DNA of 64,000 nt from the human T2T-CHM13v2.0 reference genome, Homo sapiens. The DNA lies in assembly GCF_009914755.1 (NCBI RefSeq), contig NC_060925.1; one strand, written 5' to 3'. The notes beneath the pieces were generated by a model. It had not been told where the DNA came from, did not search any database, and was given only the letters and a program-made list of their open reading frames with translations. The position numbers and the translations under genes were made by a program. Shown piece by piece: positions 44,226 through 60,279 of this stretch (positions are counted from its first letter, which is position 1; each line of letters opens with the position of its first letter).

Positions 44226-44499
44226 TTTCTTCATTTTCTGTATGATTATTACTTTATCATAACAAAAATAACATGCTCAATCTGAACGTAACTAGACTTA
44301 TTTATTTGTGTCTGCATTGGTCCCTGAATTATTTCAAAATGGAGCCTGTACCTTTTAATCTACCTTTTTCTCCTAAATGCTTTATTACTTTGTAGGGGTT
44401 AAACAAAAAAATACCCTTTGAATTGGGCTGATGTCAATATGTGACAGGCACAACTTTTATTGTGTTGTTTTTTAAAAAGTTCTAGTACTCTTTTGTGAC

Positions 44500-44577
44500 A
44501 AAATATTGAGGGTTTTTCTTTTCTGCAGTTTTGTAAGTAAAATACTGAGGGTTTTTCTTTTCTGCAGTTTTGTAAGT
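44500..44577. repeat. 39-bp direct tandem duplication (2 copies, 1 mismatch)
   Basis: aaaata(t/c)tgagggtttttcttttctgcagttttgtaagt x2. Confidence 0.97.
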
Positions 44578-46279
44578 ATTTCATAATAATGAACACAATA
44601 GGATTAACAACATCCTTAGGCAAATCCAAGACTTTATGACTGACGCTCAGTACCAGGCTGGGTCCTTGCCAGTTTGTAAGACCACAGAATGCGTGGGAAG
44701 ATGCAGCTCAGAAAGTAACAACACTCAGCAAAGCCAAGGGAGGACAAACTAGAAAATTGAAGCTGAACTTTAAATCATGACACTTTGCCTTTCCCACTGG
44801 CTGTGTCATCCCAGAGACCACAGAAAGAGATTAGGAAATCCTTGAGCCAAGGAATTTAAAAGCACATGAAATGAAAGGAAAACCTGTAGAAATGAAAGGG
44901 CAGTTACAGACCAATATCCAAAAGGAACAGAAAGTCATTGTTGTAGTTTTGTTTGGTTGGCAGCTAAGGGAATACCCCTCTGCTTACTGTCTGTGTTCAT
45001 TCCCAGTTGTCTGTACTGTATTGATTGATTGATTGTGTGTGTGTGTGTGCACGCGCGCAAACATTAACAAATGAATTCTGCAGCTTTGTGCTGACCTTTC
45101 TCAGATACTTTCACCGCCCATGCACCACTAGAACTATACATGGAAAAAAGGGAGAAGGATGCAAAAGGTGTTTGGCAAAATCCAAGAAAACAGGATTTTC
45201 ATAAAACAAATGAGAAAGTGAGGCAAAACACACTTCTCTGGGTCTCTGCATGCTGAGGAGCGTAAGCCCTCCTAGCCCTCCTTCCATCATACAAGACTTT
45301 GTGACACCACCCAGATCCCAGGGACCACCTCAGGCAAAGGAAGCTTTGAATTTTTTATGGAAGTAAACAAACTCCTCATGCTGATGTTTTATTGGCAGGA
45401 GAGGCTCAACTTTTTCATTCCTGCTCCTAAATTCCCCTTGACTTTCTCTTAAAATGAATAGAAACACTTTCACTCTGCAGGTAGGAAAACACTTACATAA
45501 TATAGCTCTGTACTTTTGCTAGACATCCTTATCTTACCATTTGGTTTTCCCAGCAGCATATAAATTCTCAGCTGGGCTTTCTTTTTGTTTTTTTTTTACA
45601 TAGCCTTAAAATCATGCTTTCCACAAAATACAAACATATTCTAGAAGCATTCAGACAACCATTTGCAGGAAATTGTGGTTTATTGAAATACTTGATATAA
45701 TAAACATACCAATAGATGTACTCTGGGGAAAAAGTAGTGCACCAAACTATCTATGAAGTAGTTTATATGACTATTCTACAAAATGGTGACGAATAAACAA
45801 AGAAGCTTTGAACCAAGACTAGGTCACAGCTTAATGTAGGATAATGGTTTTATGAATATTAACTCAGATTAGAATGAGAACATAACCAAAATGAAACGCA
45901 ATGCTGATGCCTTTCTTCAAGTTATCCAAATTGCCATCTCTATGGAATTAACAGTCATTTGGAATCCAAGTGTCCATGCATTCTAAATAAGTTACATGAT
46001 GGGTCATTTGCAGATTAAAATATTGGAAGTACCTACCTACGATGGTAGATCTAATTCTGCGTTTAAAAGTCATGCTAATAAAAGCAAGATTCACAATAAT
46101 TTTTATACCAAGATGTTAAGGAAATACTATATTCTGAATTCAATTTTCTCTACCTAAAGTACATTGTCTACTTAATAAAAGTATTAGATTATGGTTTGGA
46201 ATTTATTCGGCTCTTTAAGAACATGTGTAAGTTCCTTTTTATTGGTATTGCTCTTCTTATTAATAATTAGTTGTTATAA

Positions 46280-46480
46280 AATCTAACATTTACCTGGTAT
46301 TCAGTGATTACAAAGTGCTTTCACAAACATCCTTTGACTAGCATTTTAGAAATCTTTGCGGACAATATTGTTATTGTTATATTCTTTCATTTGTACAGGG
46401 CTGAGTAATTAAGTAAATTACCCAAGGAGATGGCTAGTTTACATCAGAATCATCATACTCTAAAGTCCTATTTATTGACA
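46280..46480 (-). mobile_element. MIR relic
   Basis: tacaaagtgctttcacaaacat, aattaagtaaattacccaagg. Confidence 0.55.
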
Positions 46481-48241
46481 TTGGCACCATGCCTGATTCT
46501 TAAGGCACTGGTTTAAGCACACATCAACACAAATGTCCAAAGTTGGTGTTTCGATTCTTTGAAAGCTACATGTCAATATTCGAAAGAAACACCTATTAAC
46601 ACCCCTCTGCTCAATTCTCATTCCGTAAATACTAAGACAGTAGAGATCAGGAAGTTAAGAGTTGGATTGTTCAAACCTTGTGAAAGATTTAACCATCCCG
46701 GTTTACTAAAGAAAGATCTCTTCAGCTTACATAACAGGTGAAAAACAATCTTCTCTATGGTAGCCTAAGAGAATGTTGCAAGAATATTGTATGGAAATAA
46801 ATGTTTACTTATCTTATGGTATCAAGAGTTTTTATCTTGATTTCCAATGGAAACTTGTAAAGAAACTACAGAGTTTTAGAAGGCATGGTTCTGAATCTGC
46901 TAGTATATAGTTCATACCCACAATGCACTAGAGAGGGTCTACATCCAATCACTAACAAGAAAAAGAAAAGGACAATGGAAGGAGGACAATTTCAAGAAGG
47001 CCATAGGCCTGCAACATACCAAATATGAAGTTCCTTCATATCAAATGAATTACAATTTTAACTCAACTTTACACATGAGGAATGAGGCTATTTAATTGCC
47101 TCCTAAGGTGCTCCTAGAAAATTCTTAGAGAATAAGCTGAAGCATGTACGAAATCTGTTTCATAATTTAATTATACAAATGTGGTAAAATGAAAGCTCTT
47201 CTGTTAAAAATGATGAAGATTAAAGAGAGCATTGTTAGCCCTTAAAGCTCCATCTGGCACCTCCCTGTGCCTGTAATCATTGGAATGAGAAAACATGCTT
47301 TCCCTTTGTCAGAGGCCATTCAAAAATCCATGGACTGAAAATTGTGAATTGAACCCAAAACTCTGGTCCTTGTTTATCTTTAGAAAACTGTACACTATCC
47401 CGAAGAGAAAAGATGCTTTGATTTTAAAAACGTTGCTTTTATGCTGAGTATTGGATGCCAGCAGCATGTAATTTTAAAGGATTCCATGCAAAATCAGAGC
47501 ATTGAATGCATCACCACTATAATGATATCACAGCATCAGAGAACACATTGAATATAATTGTTGAGATTTTCATTGCATTAATCACGGAATTTAATGCGAG
47601 ATGAAGCCAACTTGGGATATAACGAAGGAGTTTCCAGCAAGGCCATGCCCCCGCTAAGAACAACGGGATGAGTCAGTCCAAATATAAAATCAATTCGTTT
47701 GAATATTTTGCAGAGCTTCTTAAGAAAGCAGCATGTGAGAGGCCAAGATCTCGGGAAAAAGGGAACCCCAAAAATGTGAGCTGGTACTATGTGAGCTGTT
47801 TTTCTGCTAGGGACATTTGCTCATAAGTAGCATAGAACTAGACTCCAATAAACCAGTCAGAGACATGCAGGAAAGAGGCAGCAACGCAGGGAGAGATTTG
47901 ACAACCTCACAAGGGGAAGGTGAGACAAAAATTGGGGTTTGCTTCTGGCAAGTCATCCATGACTGAATCAGCCAAAATTTGGAGAAGGGAGGTTCAGGGA
48001 AATAATTCCAAACTCAGGGGGTTCCCTCTTTGATGCATTCGCTGAATTGTTAATCAGGGAAGAGCAAGATGCTAAAAACTTGAGTGCCCAAATAGCAGAG
48101 GAGAGTTATGAGCAGCCTCAAGGGGCTGAAGGGATCTTAAGAGATTATGCTAAAAAGGAGGAGTCCTAGGAAACAGCTGCTATCCCTGGAAATCTACACC
48201 TTACAGATGGGGGCAAAGCAGAGGTGGGCAAAGCCACATCA

Positions 48242-48575
<334 letters not shown>

Positions 48576-48599
48576 TCAATCTTTATCTCAGCAGCTTTC

Positions 48600-49860
<1,261 letters not shown>

Positions 49861-51442
49861 GATGGATAAGGAAACATAATATGAAGATTCTTTAAGTACC
49901 CTCCGTTGGCTAAACTATCAAAGTGCTGTTATTTTCTCTAGGCTTACTTGGATCATCAACTTTCCTCCCAAAACACTACACCCCTTTTTTCTAAGACCCA
50001 CAGTACAATGACACACTGGAAACATATTAGATCACCCATACCACTTAAACTATCATGTCTTTATGGATTAATTAGTAAATCGACTTCCTCTCTTCCCCTC
50101 TTATCCTAATTCCATATGCATGTGTGGACACACACATACACACACACACACCAAACATACACAAGGTCAGATTCTGGGAAAAAGAAAATTGCATTACTGT
50201 CCTTAGGCTGTAATCTCCAGAATTCTCTAATGACTTAATGTTATTTTTTCAAATTAGTATACAACCGATACCAATACATAAGTTTAAAATACAGACTGTT
50301 TTTAGAATATTACATTGGCTTATTGTGAAACTAATTTCCTAGTTTCCTAAAAAGAACCTATTTGAGTTATCGTTTTCTTTTCTGTAAGCTTTTCATTTTT
50401 CTCTCAATTTTTCCTCTTTCCCGTTTCAAAAGTAAAATAAGTTAAAAACTAAAATATTAAAAATAATAGGCCTAAAACACAGCATTCTTAAAGTTTTCAA
50501 CTTCCTAATTTCTTTGGTCTTCTAAACGTTTCCTGAGAAAGTGCCTTTCTGCCATTCAATCTCCAAATGACATTAAAATTTGGGTGTACCTTATTTAATA
50601 TGCTTGCTTTCAAAAAGGGAGGAAAAGGTAAGGGAACAGAGGGAAAAACAGTAAAAAGTTATTTATTTATGACTTTACATTTCATACAGTCCATATACTA
50701 CTGCCCCAAATTATTTGTTACAGAATATTAAGCATATACACATTCTACATATTTGGCCTCATAAAATCAACCATCCTTTACAGATGATTGGCAGCTCATG
50801 AGCTTCTTAATATAGTTCATCAAATTATGCTATTGAAAGAGAATATTTGGAAAGCTTATTAATAAAACTGCCATTATTATCTTCCAAATGAACTATATTT
50901 TTACATCGTGATTGCTACACATAGGATTTTGTCTCAGAAAAAAATCAGAATGTGTCACCATTTAAGAGTATAATTTTTTTAGAGAAAAATAAGATTATTT
51001 CATTGAAATATTTACTTAAAAAAAGGTTTTGATGCTAGTGAAGGCATGTTGATGATTTGTTAACATGTCTTTTTGGGGGCAATCTGGAGGATTCAGAAAG
51101 TATGCATATTGCTTCCTTTGGAGGTAAGTAGCTATATTTTGCACTCTCTGATACCCTAACATCAAAGAATTGCTATGCAAATATACTACTGGCAGAAGAG
51201 GCAATAATTATTTGACGTTTTCTGTGCTTCTAAAAATCCTTCCTTCATTCCCATCAAGTTTAATTTGCCTTTTTTTCTTTTAAGATCTTAAAATCCAGTA
51301 GCTACCCAAATTCTTTCTTATAGAAGATATTGATGCTTTTTGAATGAATGTTGAATTTTCTCTGAATTACAATGTTTATTTTTCTCATCATTCACACACT
51401 TTTTTTTGTAATTATTGCTCATTTACCTCAAGAATAACATCT

Positions 51443-51703
51443 GACCAGGCACAGTGGCTCATGTCTGTAATCCTCAAAGTGCTGAGACCAGCCTGGGCAA
51501 TATAGTGAGATTTCATCTCTACAAAAAATACAAATGATTAGCAGGGCATGTTGGTGCACAGCCGTAGTCCCAGCTACTTGGGTGGCTTAGGTTGGAGAAT
51601 GGCTTGAGCCAGTGAGGTAGAGATTGCAGTGAACTGTGATCTCACCACTGCACTCCAGCCCAGGTGACAGACCAACACCCTGACTCAAAAAAGAATAAAA
51701 TAA
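51443..51703 (+). mobile_element. AluJ with a left-arm deletion and micro-inversion
   Basis: J-type ccagcctgggcaatatagtgaga; aataacat on both flanks. Confidence 0.92.
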
Positions 51704-52719
51704 ATAACATATAACACTCACAGTAATATTGGTGCTTTTTGCATTTGGATTATTCTAGATATTCCATCTACAGTATAATTTTGGAACTAATGTATGCAAA
51801 GTATATTAAAATGACAATTATGTAACTATTTGTTATTTATTTATGAGTGTTTATTACTAAATGTGTCACCTAACTTCAGGGCTCAGTGTTTTAAAACTTA
51901 TTCATCACCATGGAAGTGGCTTTAACATCTTTACCTAATTCTCTGGGCCTTTTTCTAAGACCATCTCCAGGTCGTTGCAAAATCCACAAAACCGGTATTC
52001 AGTGCCCTTGGCATCTGGTTTTGGACCTTCACTCCTTATTTCAGGAAACCCAGTACCCATCTGTTGTATACTACAAAAAACAATCTTCAAACTCTTCTGA
52101 AATATTCATTCATCTACCAGATAACTGACAGCTGAAAGCGTTTCACCTCTTAGTCCTAATTCCACTTTGTTAATATTGGCATTGACAATAGTAGGTTTCT
52201 GTTCATTGCTTCCTATGTGCTAGGCAGGCTAGGTACTTTTCAAGTAATAATGGAAATGTGAGCTCCTTTTATCTGTTCTTTCTGTGTTTCTCCATCTTAA
52301 GCTTTATGGATTGTAAAATGGTTGGTAAAATATTTTCAACAGTTTAAAGATGTACAGCATAATATCACCATGGAACCACTGGGACACAGAGCTGATCAAA
52401 AGTAGGTTAAAATGTTTAAAAAAGACTGACTGTGGTTGTGGCTTAGTTTTAGAAAGCTTCAGTTCTTCTCTACCAAAGACACAGGTTTTATTTTTCTTCA
52501 TAAAAAGTGCTGATAAAGAAAAAGGTGTATTTATGATGATACACATTTGAAAAAGGAGAAAAGAAAGCAAAGCAAGAGTAAAATAAAAGATAAGAAATAG
52601 GCTAACATGAAGCCAAATTTATTTTAGAAAATTAACATGGATGTACTCCCCACTCCACCTACTCTCTTGTCAAAGCCTTACAAAAATATCAGGACTGATG
52701 AAGAAAGAAAGATCAAAGA

Positions 52720-52875
52720 TGTGATTAGAGCTGGAAATACATTTAAGATATAACTTTATCCAATTCAAACCATTCCCTGAAGACTACAGAGGCAAACTGA
52801 TCATGGTCACAAGCTAATAGGGACAGAGTAGAGACTGGAGCCCAGGCATCCTGTATTCTAGGTTAAGGTTTTTTG
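52720..52875 (-). mobile_element. MIR relic
   Basis: ggtcacaagctaatagggacagagtagagactggagcccaggcatcctg. Confidence 0.6.
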
Positions 52876-53911
52876 TTTTTTGGATTTTTTTTTGGCCATA
52901 GGACACTGCATTCCTTCACACTGAGTTATCTTTAGGCATTTTATAGTAAAATTAATATGATTTAGAATAAAATAATTTTATTTCTGACTATTTCATATTA
53001 ACTATATAACAAAGAGAATGAAATTTAATAAGGGAAATATCAAACTTTTAATGTGTAACTTATTGTTAGAGATACTTACTTCCAAAGATTGCTTTGCTGA
53101 TTAAAAGTGATATTTGTTGACATGTATGAAGGACTGCCTATGTGCTAGAGCTGCTCTAATTTATCTAAATGTAATAAATTATTTCCCTCTTATGTCATTT
53201 TGAAGCATATGTCTCATACAACTAGAAGGTATTGTGGTGGAAATTAATGATTCCAGGTAGTTTGGCCCAAAGCCTATGTATATTAACACATCAAACTTTC
53301 AAAATATTGTATGTAACAGCAATTTAATAAAAAAAGAGCAGTCATATATTCATCTGTAAGCTTAATACTGGTAAGCTTAATTACTAGTTGCTTTAAATCT
53401 TCCATCTAGTCTTCCCTATTGCATTGTCCTCTCTCAGGCTTAGAGTTAACCACTAATCTGAATTTAGGGCAATCATTGCTTTGTTTTAATTTATGTTTTC
53501 CTATATTTATAAGAAAAGGAAAACTGAGAGCACATATATTATCTATATAATTTATCTTTGTACCTTTTTTAAGGTTACCTTTAATGAACAAAATATCTTA
53601 ATTTTAAGATAGACACATTAACAAAATATTTCCTTGAAGGTCAATATTATGGTAACCTATACATATAAATAAAGGTTCAACATTAACATAATGACACACT
53701 CTCATTATTGGTCCACTTTAGTTTCTCATCTAGTTTAGTTGTTTTATATGTAATGTATTATGTACCCATGAAATCATCATCCATAGTAAAAGCTGGGACC
53801 TTAATAACATCCTGTACAAATATTTATTCGCCCTATCTCCTCACTTGCCTCACCGACATTTGAGCTAAATTTTATCTTAAATTCTATGTTCATCTCTTCT
53901 TCGCTTTCAAA

Positions 53912-53929
53912 TGTGTGTATACATATATA

Positions 53930-53967
<38 letters not shown>

Positions 53968-53983
53968 CATATATATATGTATA
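53912..53983. repeat. (TG)n(TA)n microsatellite
   Basis: Directly visible. Confidence 0.95.
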
Positions 53984-54426
53984 TCCTGAAAAAGAATTTG
54001 TGTGTGAATACATATATATTCACATATTAATTTTAGGTTTTATATAGTTTTTAACTATGTAAACAGGGTATTTGATGTATACAGGCACACCTTGAAGATA
54101 TTGTGGGTTCAGCATCATACCAACTCAAAAATTTCAATGAACATTTCAATAAGCTACATCAAACAAGTTTTTTGGTTCCTCAGTATCTATAAAAGTTATG
54201 TTTATATTATACTGGAAGTATTCTATTGAGTATACAATAGCATTATGCCCCCCAAAATGTGCAACTTAATTTAATCCAATATTTTTAACTAAAAGTACTT
54301 TATTGCTAAAAAAAACAGGCCTTCATAGAGTCCTGATGTTTTTGCGAGTGGAGACTTTGTCTCAATGTTGTTGGCTGCTGACCGATTAGAATAGTGGTTG
54401 CTGAAAGCTGAGGATGGCTGTGGCAA

Positions 54427-54428
54427 TT

Positions 54429-54504
<76 letters not shown>

Positions 54505-54537
54505 TTGTTCTTTCTTTCTTTCTTCCTTCTTTCTTTC

Positions 54538-54581
<44 letters not shown>

Positions 54582-54597
54582 TTTTTTTTTTTTTTTT
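54427..54597. repeat. Complex (TTTC)n plus polyT tract derived from an Alu tail
   Basis: About 170 nt, almost pure pyrimidine. Confidence 0.98.
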
Positions 54598-55006
54598 GAG
54601 ACTGCCTTGCTCTGTCACCCAGGCTGGAGGGCAGTGGCACGATCTCCCTCACTGCAACCTCCACCTCCCAGGTTCAAGTGATTCTCCTGCCTCAGCCTCC
54701 AGAGAAGCTGGGATTACAGGCACCCACTACCATGCCCGGCTAATTTTTGTGATTTTAGTAGAGACAGGGCTTCACCATGTTGGCCAAGGTCTCCAACTCC
54801 TGACCTCAGGTGATCCACCCACCTCAGCCTCCCAAAGTGCTGGGATTACAGGCGATCACCACCACACCTGGCTACTTTTTGTAGTTTTAGTAGAGACAGG
54901 GTTTCACCATGTTGGCCAGCTGGTCTCAAACTCCTGACCTCAGGTAATCTACCCGCCTTGGCCTCCTAAAGTGCTGGGATTACAGGCGTGAGCCACGGCA
55001 CCTGGC
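54433..55006 (-). mobile_element. Trimeric AluS (left-left-right arms) inside Tigger1
   Basis: Two left monomers and one right monomer inside a single TSD tggcaatttctt (54421-54432, 55007-55018). Confidence 0.93.
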
Positions 55007-55019
55007 TGGCAATTTCTTA

Positions 55020-56520
55020 AAATAAGACATCACTGACATTCACCTCATCGATTGACTCCGAGGAAAGATTTTTCTTAATAGCATTTTTGCCTGCAGGAGA
55101 ATTACTTTCAAAATTGGAGTCAATCCTCTCAAATCCTGCTGCTGCTTTATTAACTTAGTTGATATAATATTCTAAATCCTTTGTGACTGTTTTAATAATG
55201 TTCAAAACAACTTCACCGACAGTCACCATCTCAAGAAAGCACTTTCTTTGCTTGTCTATAAGCAGCAACTTCATGTTCCTTAGTTTTATCATGAGATAAC
55301 AACAATACAGCTTCCAATTTTAGTTCAAGTTATCTTGTTATTTCTTCCACATCTGCAGTTACTTCCTCCACTGAAGTCTTGAATCTCTTAAAGTCATCCA
55401 TGAGGATTGGAATCGACTTCTTCCAAACTTCTGTTAATGTTGATATTTTGACCTCCTTCCATAAATTACAAATGTTCTTAATGGCATCTAGAATCATCAA
55501 TTCTTTCAAGAAGGTTTCAATTGGTTTTGCCCAAATCCATCAGAAAAATCATTATCTATGACAACAATACCATTAGGAAACTTATTTCTTAAATAGGAAG
55601 ACTTGAAAGTGAAAATTACTGCTTGATTTATGTGCTACAGAATGGAAGCTGTGTTAGCAGGCATGATAACAACATTTATTTCCTTGTACATCTCCATCAG
55701 AGTTCTTGGGTAGTAAGGTCAATGAGCAGTAATATTTTGAAAAGAATCTTTTTTTTTCTGAACAGTAAGTCTCAAAAGTGATCTTAAAATATTCGGTAAA
55801 TTAGGCTGTAAACAGATGTGCTATTATGCAGGCTTTCTTGTTCTATTTATAGAGCACAGACAGAGTTGACTTAGCATACTTCTTCAGGGCCCTGGGATTT
55901 TCAGAATGACCAGTGAGTGTTGGCTTCAACTGACAGTCACCAGCTGCATTACCCTCTAACAAGAGAGTCAGCCTGTCCTTTGAAGCTCTGAAGCCAGGCA
56001 TTGACTTCTCCTCTCTAACTGTCAAAGTCCTGCATGGCACTTTCATCAATTCTTTAGTGTAGCTACCTTCATCAATTCTCTTAGCTAGATCTTCTGGAAA
56101 ATTTGCTGCAGCTTCTGCATTAGCATTTGCTTCTTCATCTTGCACTTTTATGGAGATGGCTTCATTCCATAAACCTCATGAAACAACTTCTGCTAGCTTC
56201 AAACTTTTCTTCTGCACCTCTCTCAGTCTTCACAGAATTGAAGAGGTTCAGGGCTTTGCTCTGGATTAGGCTTGAGGGAATGTTGTGGCAGATTTGATCT
56301 TCTATCCAGACCACTAAAACTTTCTCCTCATCAGCAATAAGGCTGTTTCGCTTTCTTATCATTCATGTGTTCAATGGAGAAGCATTTTTAATTTCCTTTA
56401 AGAACTTTTCCTTCACCTTCACAACTTGGCTAACTGGTGCCAGAGCCCTAGCTTTTGACCTATGTCAACTTTCAATATACTGTTCTCACTAAAGTTAATC
56501 ATTTCTAGCTTTAGATTTAA
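55020..56520 (-). pseudogene. Tigger1 (pogo-like, CENP-B-type HTH + DDE) transposase pseudogene fragments
   Basis: [80 protein letters not shown]. Confidence 0.93.
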
Positions 56521-59412
56521 ACTGAGAGATGTGCGATTCTTCTTCTCACTTGAACTCTAAGAGATGATTGTAGGGTTAATAATTGGCCTAATTTCAATAT
56601 TGTTGAGTCTTAGGAAATATGGAGGCCCAAGGAGAGGCAGAGAGTTGGAAGAACAGGTTGGTGGAGCAGTCAGAACACATACATTTATCGATTAAGTTCA
56701 CCGCCTCTTGTGGGTGTGATTTGTGGCACCTCCCAAAGTTACAATGGTAACATCAAAAAGCACGGATCACAGATCACCATAACAGATACAATAATAATGA
56801 AAAAGTTTGAAATTGACTTGTTTGATTCAGAGTTGCCACACACTTTCAGTTTGTAAAGAGCCAAACATCTTGGAAGTACAATAAAGTAAAGCACAATAAA
56901 GCAAGGTGTGCCTGTATAATGTTTTGGAATTTGTTTTGCATCTTATACTGCAAAGATTCATTCTTAATATTATATGTTACACTTATTCGTCCATTTTGAT
57001 GGTTATGTAATATTCACTGTGTGACTATCACAGTTTTTTAATCCATTCTCTCATTGATGAACATTTGTATGGTTGTCAGATATTTGTAACTGTCATGTTT
57101 TCTGGGGTTAACTTTCTTTTATGTCATAGGGTAGCCTTAGAGTACATAATTGCATCATAAGGTGAATAAATTTTCAACTTTACAAAATAATGCTAAATTT
57201 TATTTCCACATTCAACATGACAGCAGTTCTATGGGTCATCACTTTCTCCAATTCTTGGTAAAGCTACACGTTTCAAATTAATTTGTTATTCAAATTTAAA
57301 ACTGTAACTCTTTATTATCATGTTTTGCATTTCTTGAATTAATAATGATATTGAACAACTCTCTCCAGATGTATGGGTAAAATGTGTTTCCAGTTCACTG
57401 AAAATGTTGGTTACTCATTTTCCTACTAAGATGTTTGTACTTTTCTGATTGATTTATATATACATATCTTTTAAACATGTTCTTGATACCAATCATTTAC
57501 CAGCCGTGTGCACTGAAAATATGTTATCTCAGTTTCTAACATATTTTCTCATCTTTAAGGTGTGTTTTGAGGAAAAAACTTGTAATTTTAATAAGCTACA
57601 TTAATTTTTTATTTGCTTTGTGTCTTAACAGATCTATCTGTAATTCAATTTGTAAGATTGTCATATTTGTTTTCTATAAGAATTTTAACATTTTACTTGG
57701 ACAATTAAGTCTTTACTATATTTATGGATAATTTTGTAATATGGTGGTTAATACAGACCCAATTCAACATTTCTCATATTGAAAACCTTTTTTTCAGTCC
57801 TGTTTATTGAACAGTCTCTCCTTCCCTCACTAATTAATATGAAATCCATAGCATTGACCAAAGTTTTCTACATGTGTAAGCCTGTTTCTGTGTTCTCTGT
57901 TCTAACCCATTTATCAATTTGTATATATTTGTGATAATACCATCTTTACTTACTCATGACAGTCTCAGAATAAATCTGAATATCTGGTAGGATTATCCTT
58001 TCACTTTCCTACTACTGATTCCTCTTTCACTTTACCAATTTAGTTTCCTAGAACCATATTATCATGTTTTATAAAAATTTGTTTAAATTGTGATTATAAT
58101 TGTATTGAATCTATAGATTAAAATGGGAAATTTGAAATCTGTAGAACATTGATTCTTTTTATCCAGATATTGCAAATCTCTGTATCTTTACATAAAGATG
58201 TGAAATTTTCTGTGTAGAAGTCTTACACCTCTTTTGCCAAATTAACTGCTAGATACTTAACATTTGCTTATGTATATAAAATCGTAAGTTGTGTCTTTTC
58301 ATACTTCAGTCGTTTGCTAGTGGTACATAGGTGTGTCATTGACTTCTGATCATTAGCCTTGCGTCCATCAAAATCATTAATATCTCCTTATTATTTCAGT
58401 GAATTTGCCTGCCAATTATTTTGGGTTTTCTAATGTAGTGATTATATCATGTTCTTTGTTCTGATTCCTGTCTTCTGTATATTTACTTTTATGTATCTAT
58501 TTATCTGTTTGTTCATTGATTACTTTTTGTCTGCATATGCTGGCCAGGACCGCCAATATATTGATGGGCAGAAGTAATGATACTTATCATGTTTGCCACT
58601 GATTTTTGTAAAAATTACTTCTAACAAGTTTTCATTTAGGATGATGTGGTGGTTTCCTCTACAATCTTCTAAAGATATGTTTTATTAAGCTAATGAAGTT
58701 CTTTTTCCTTATTTTTATTCATAAATTTTTTTCCAATGCTGAAGAATTCGATTTTGAAAGTAGTTTTTGCATCTCTTGATATTTTTCTCTCAATCTGTTA
58801 AAAGGTACAGATTTCTCAGCATTAAATTAAATCATCTTGCATTCTAGAGATAAACCCAGCTTTACTATGACATATTACTTTTTATACACTGCTGAATTCA
58901 TTTAGCAAATATTTGTTTATGATTTTTTATCATGTTAAAATATATACGACAGAAAATTTACAATTTTAATCATTTTAAGTGTACAGTTTAGTGGCATAAA
59001 GTACAGGCACATTGTCATACAACCATCAATGCCATTCATCTTTAGAGTGTTTTTGTCTTTCCAGACTGAAACTCTATACATATCAAACAGTAACTTCTCA
59101 TTCCTACCTCCTCCAAGCTCCTGGAAGCCACCATTCTTCTTTCTGTCTCTATGAATGTGACTACTCTAGGTACCTTATATAAGTAGAATTATATAGTATT
59201 CGTCTTTTGTGACTGGCTGATTTCACTCAGCATAATGTCTTCAAGGTTCATCCATGTTGTAGCATGTGACAGAATTTCTTTCCATTTTGTGGCTGGATAA
59301 TGTTCCATTGTGTGTATGTGCCACATTGTTTTTAATCCATTCCTCCACCAGCGAACACTGGGTGGCGTCCGCCTTTTTGCTATTATGCATAATGTGGCTA
59401 TGAACATGGGTA

Positions 59413-60279
<867 letters not shown>

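Larger units (their letters stand above)
54082..56914 (-). mobile_element. Tigger1 DNA transposon, near full length
   Basis: TIRs caggcacacctt / aaggtgtgcctg with TA on both sides; transposase relics inside. Confidence 0.96.

Noticed and set aside
54289-54664. KERK-repeat and FFLS-repeat ORFs
   Set aside because: Translation of the (GAAA)n tract.
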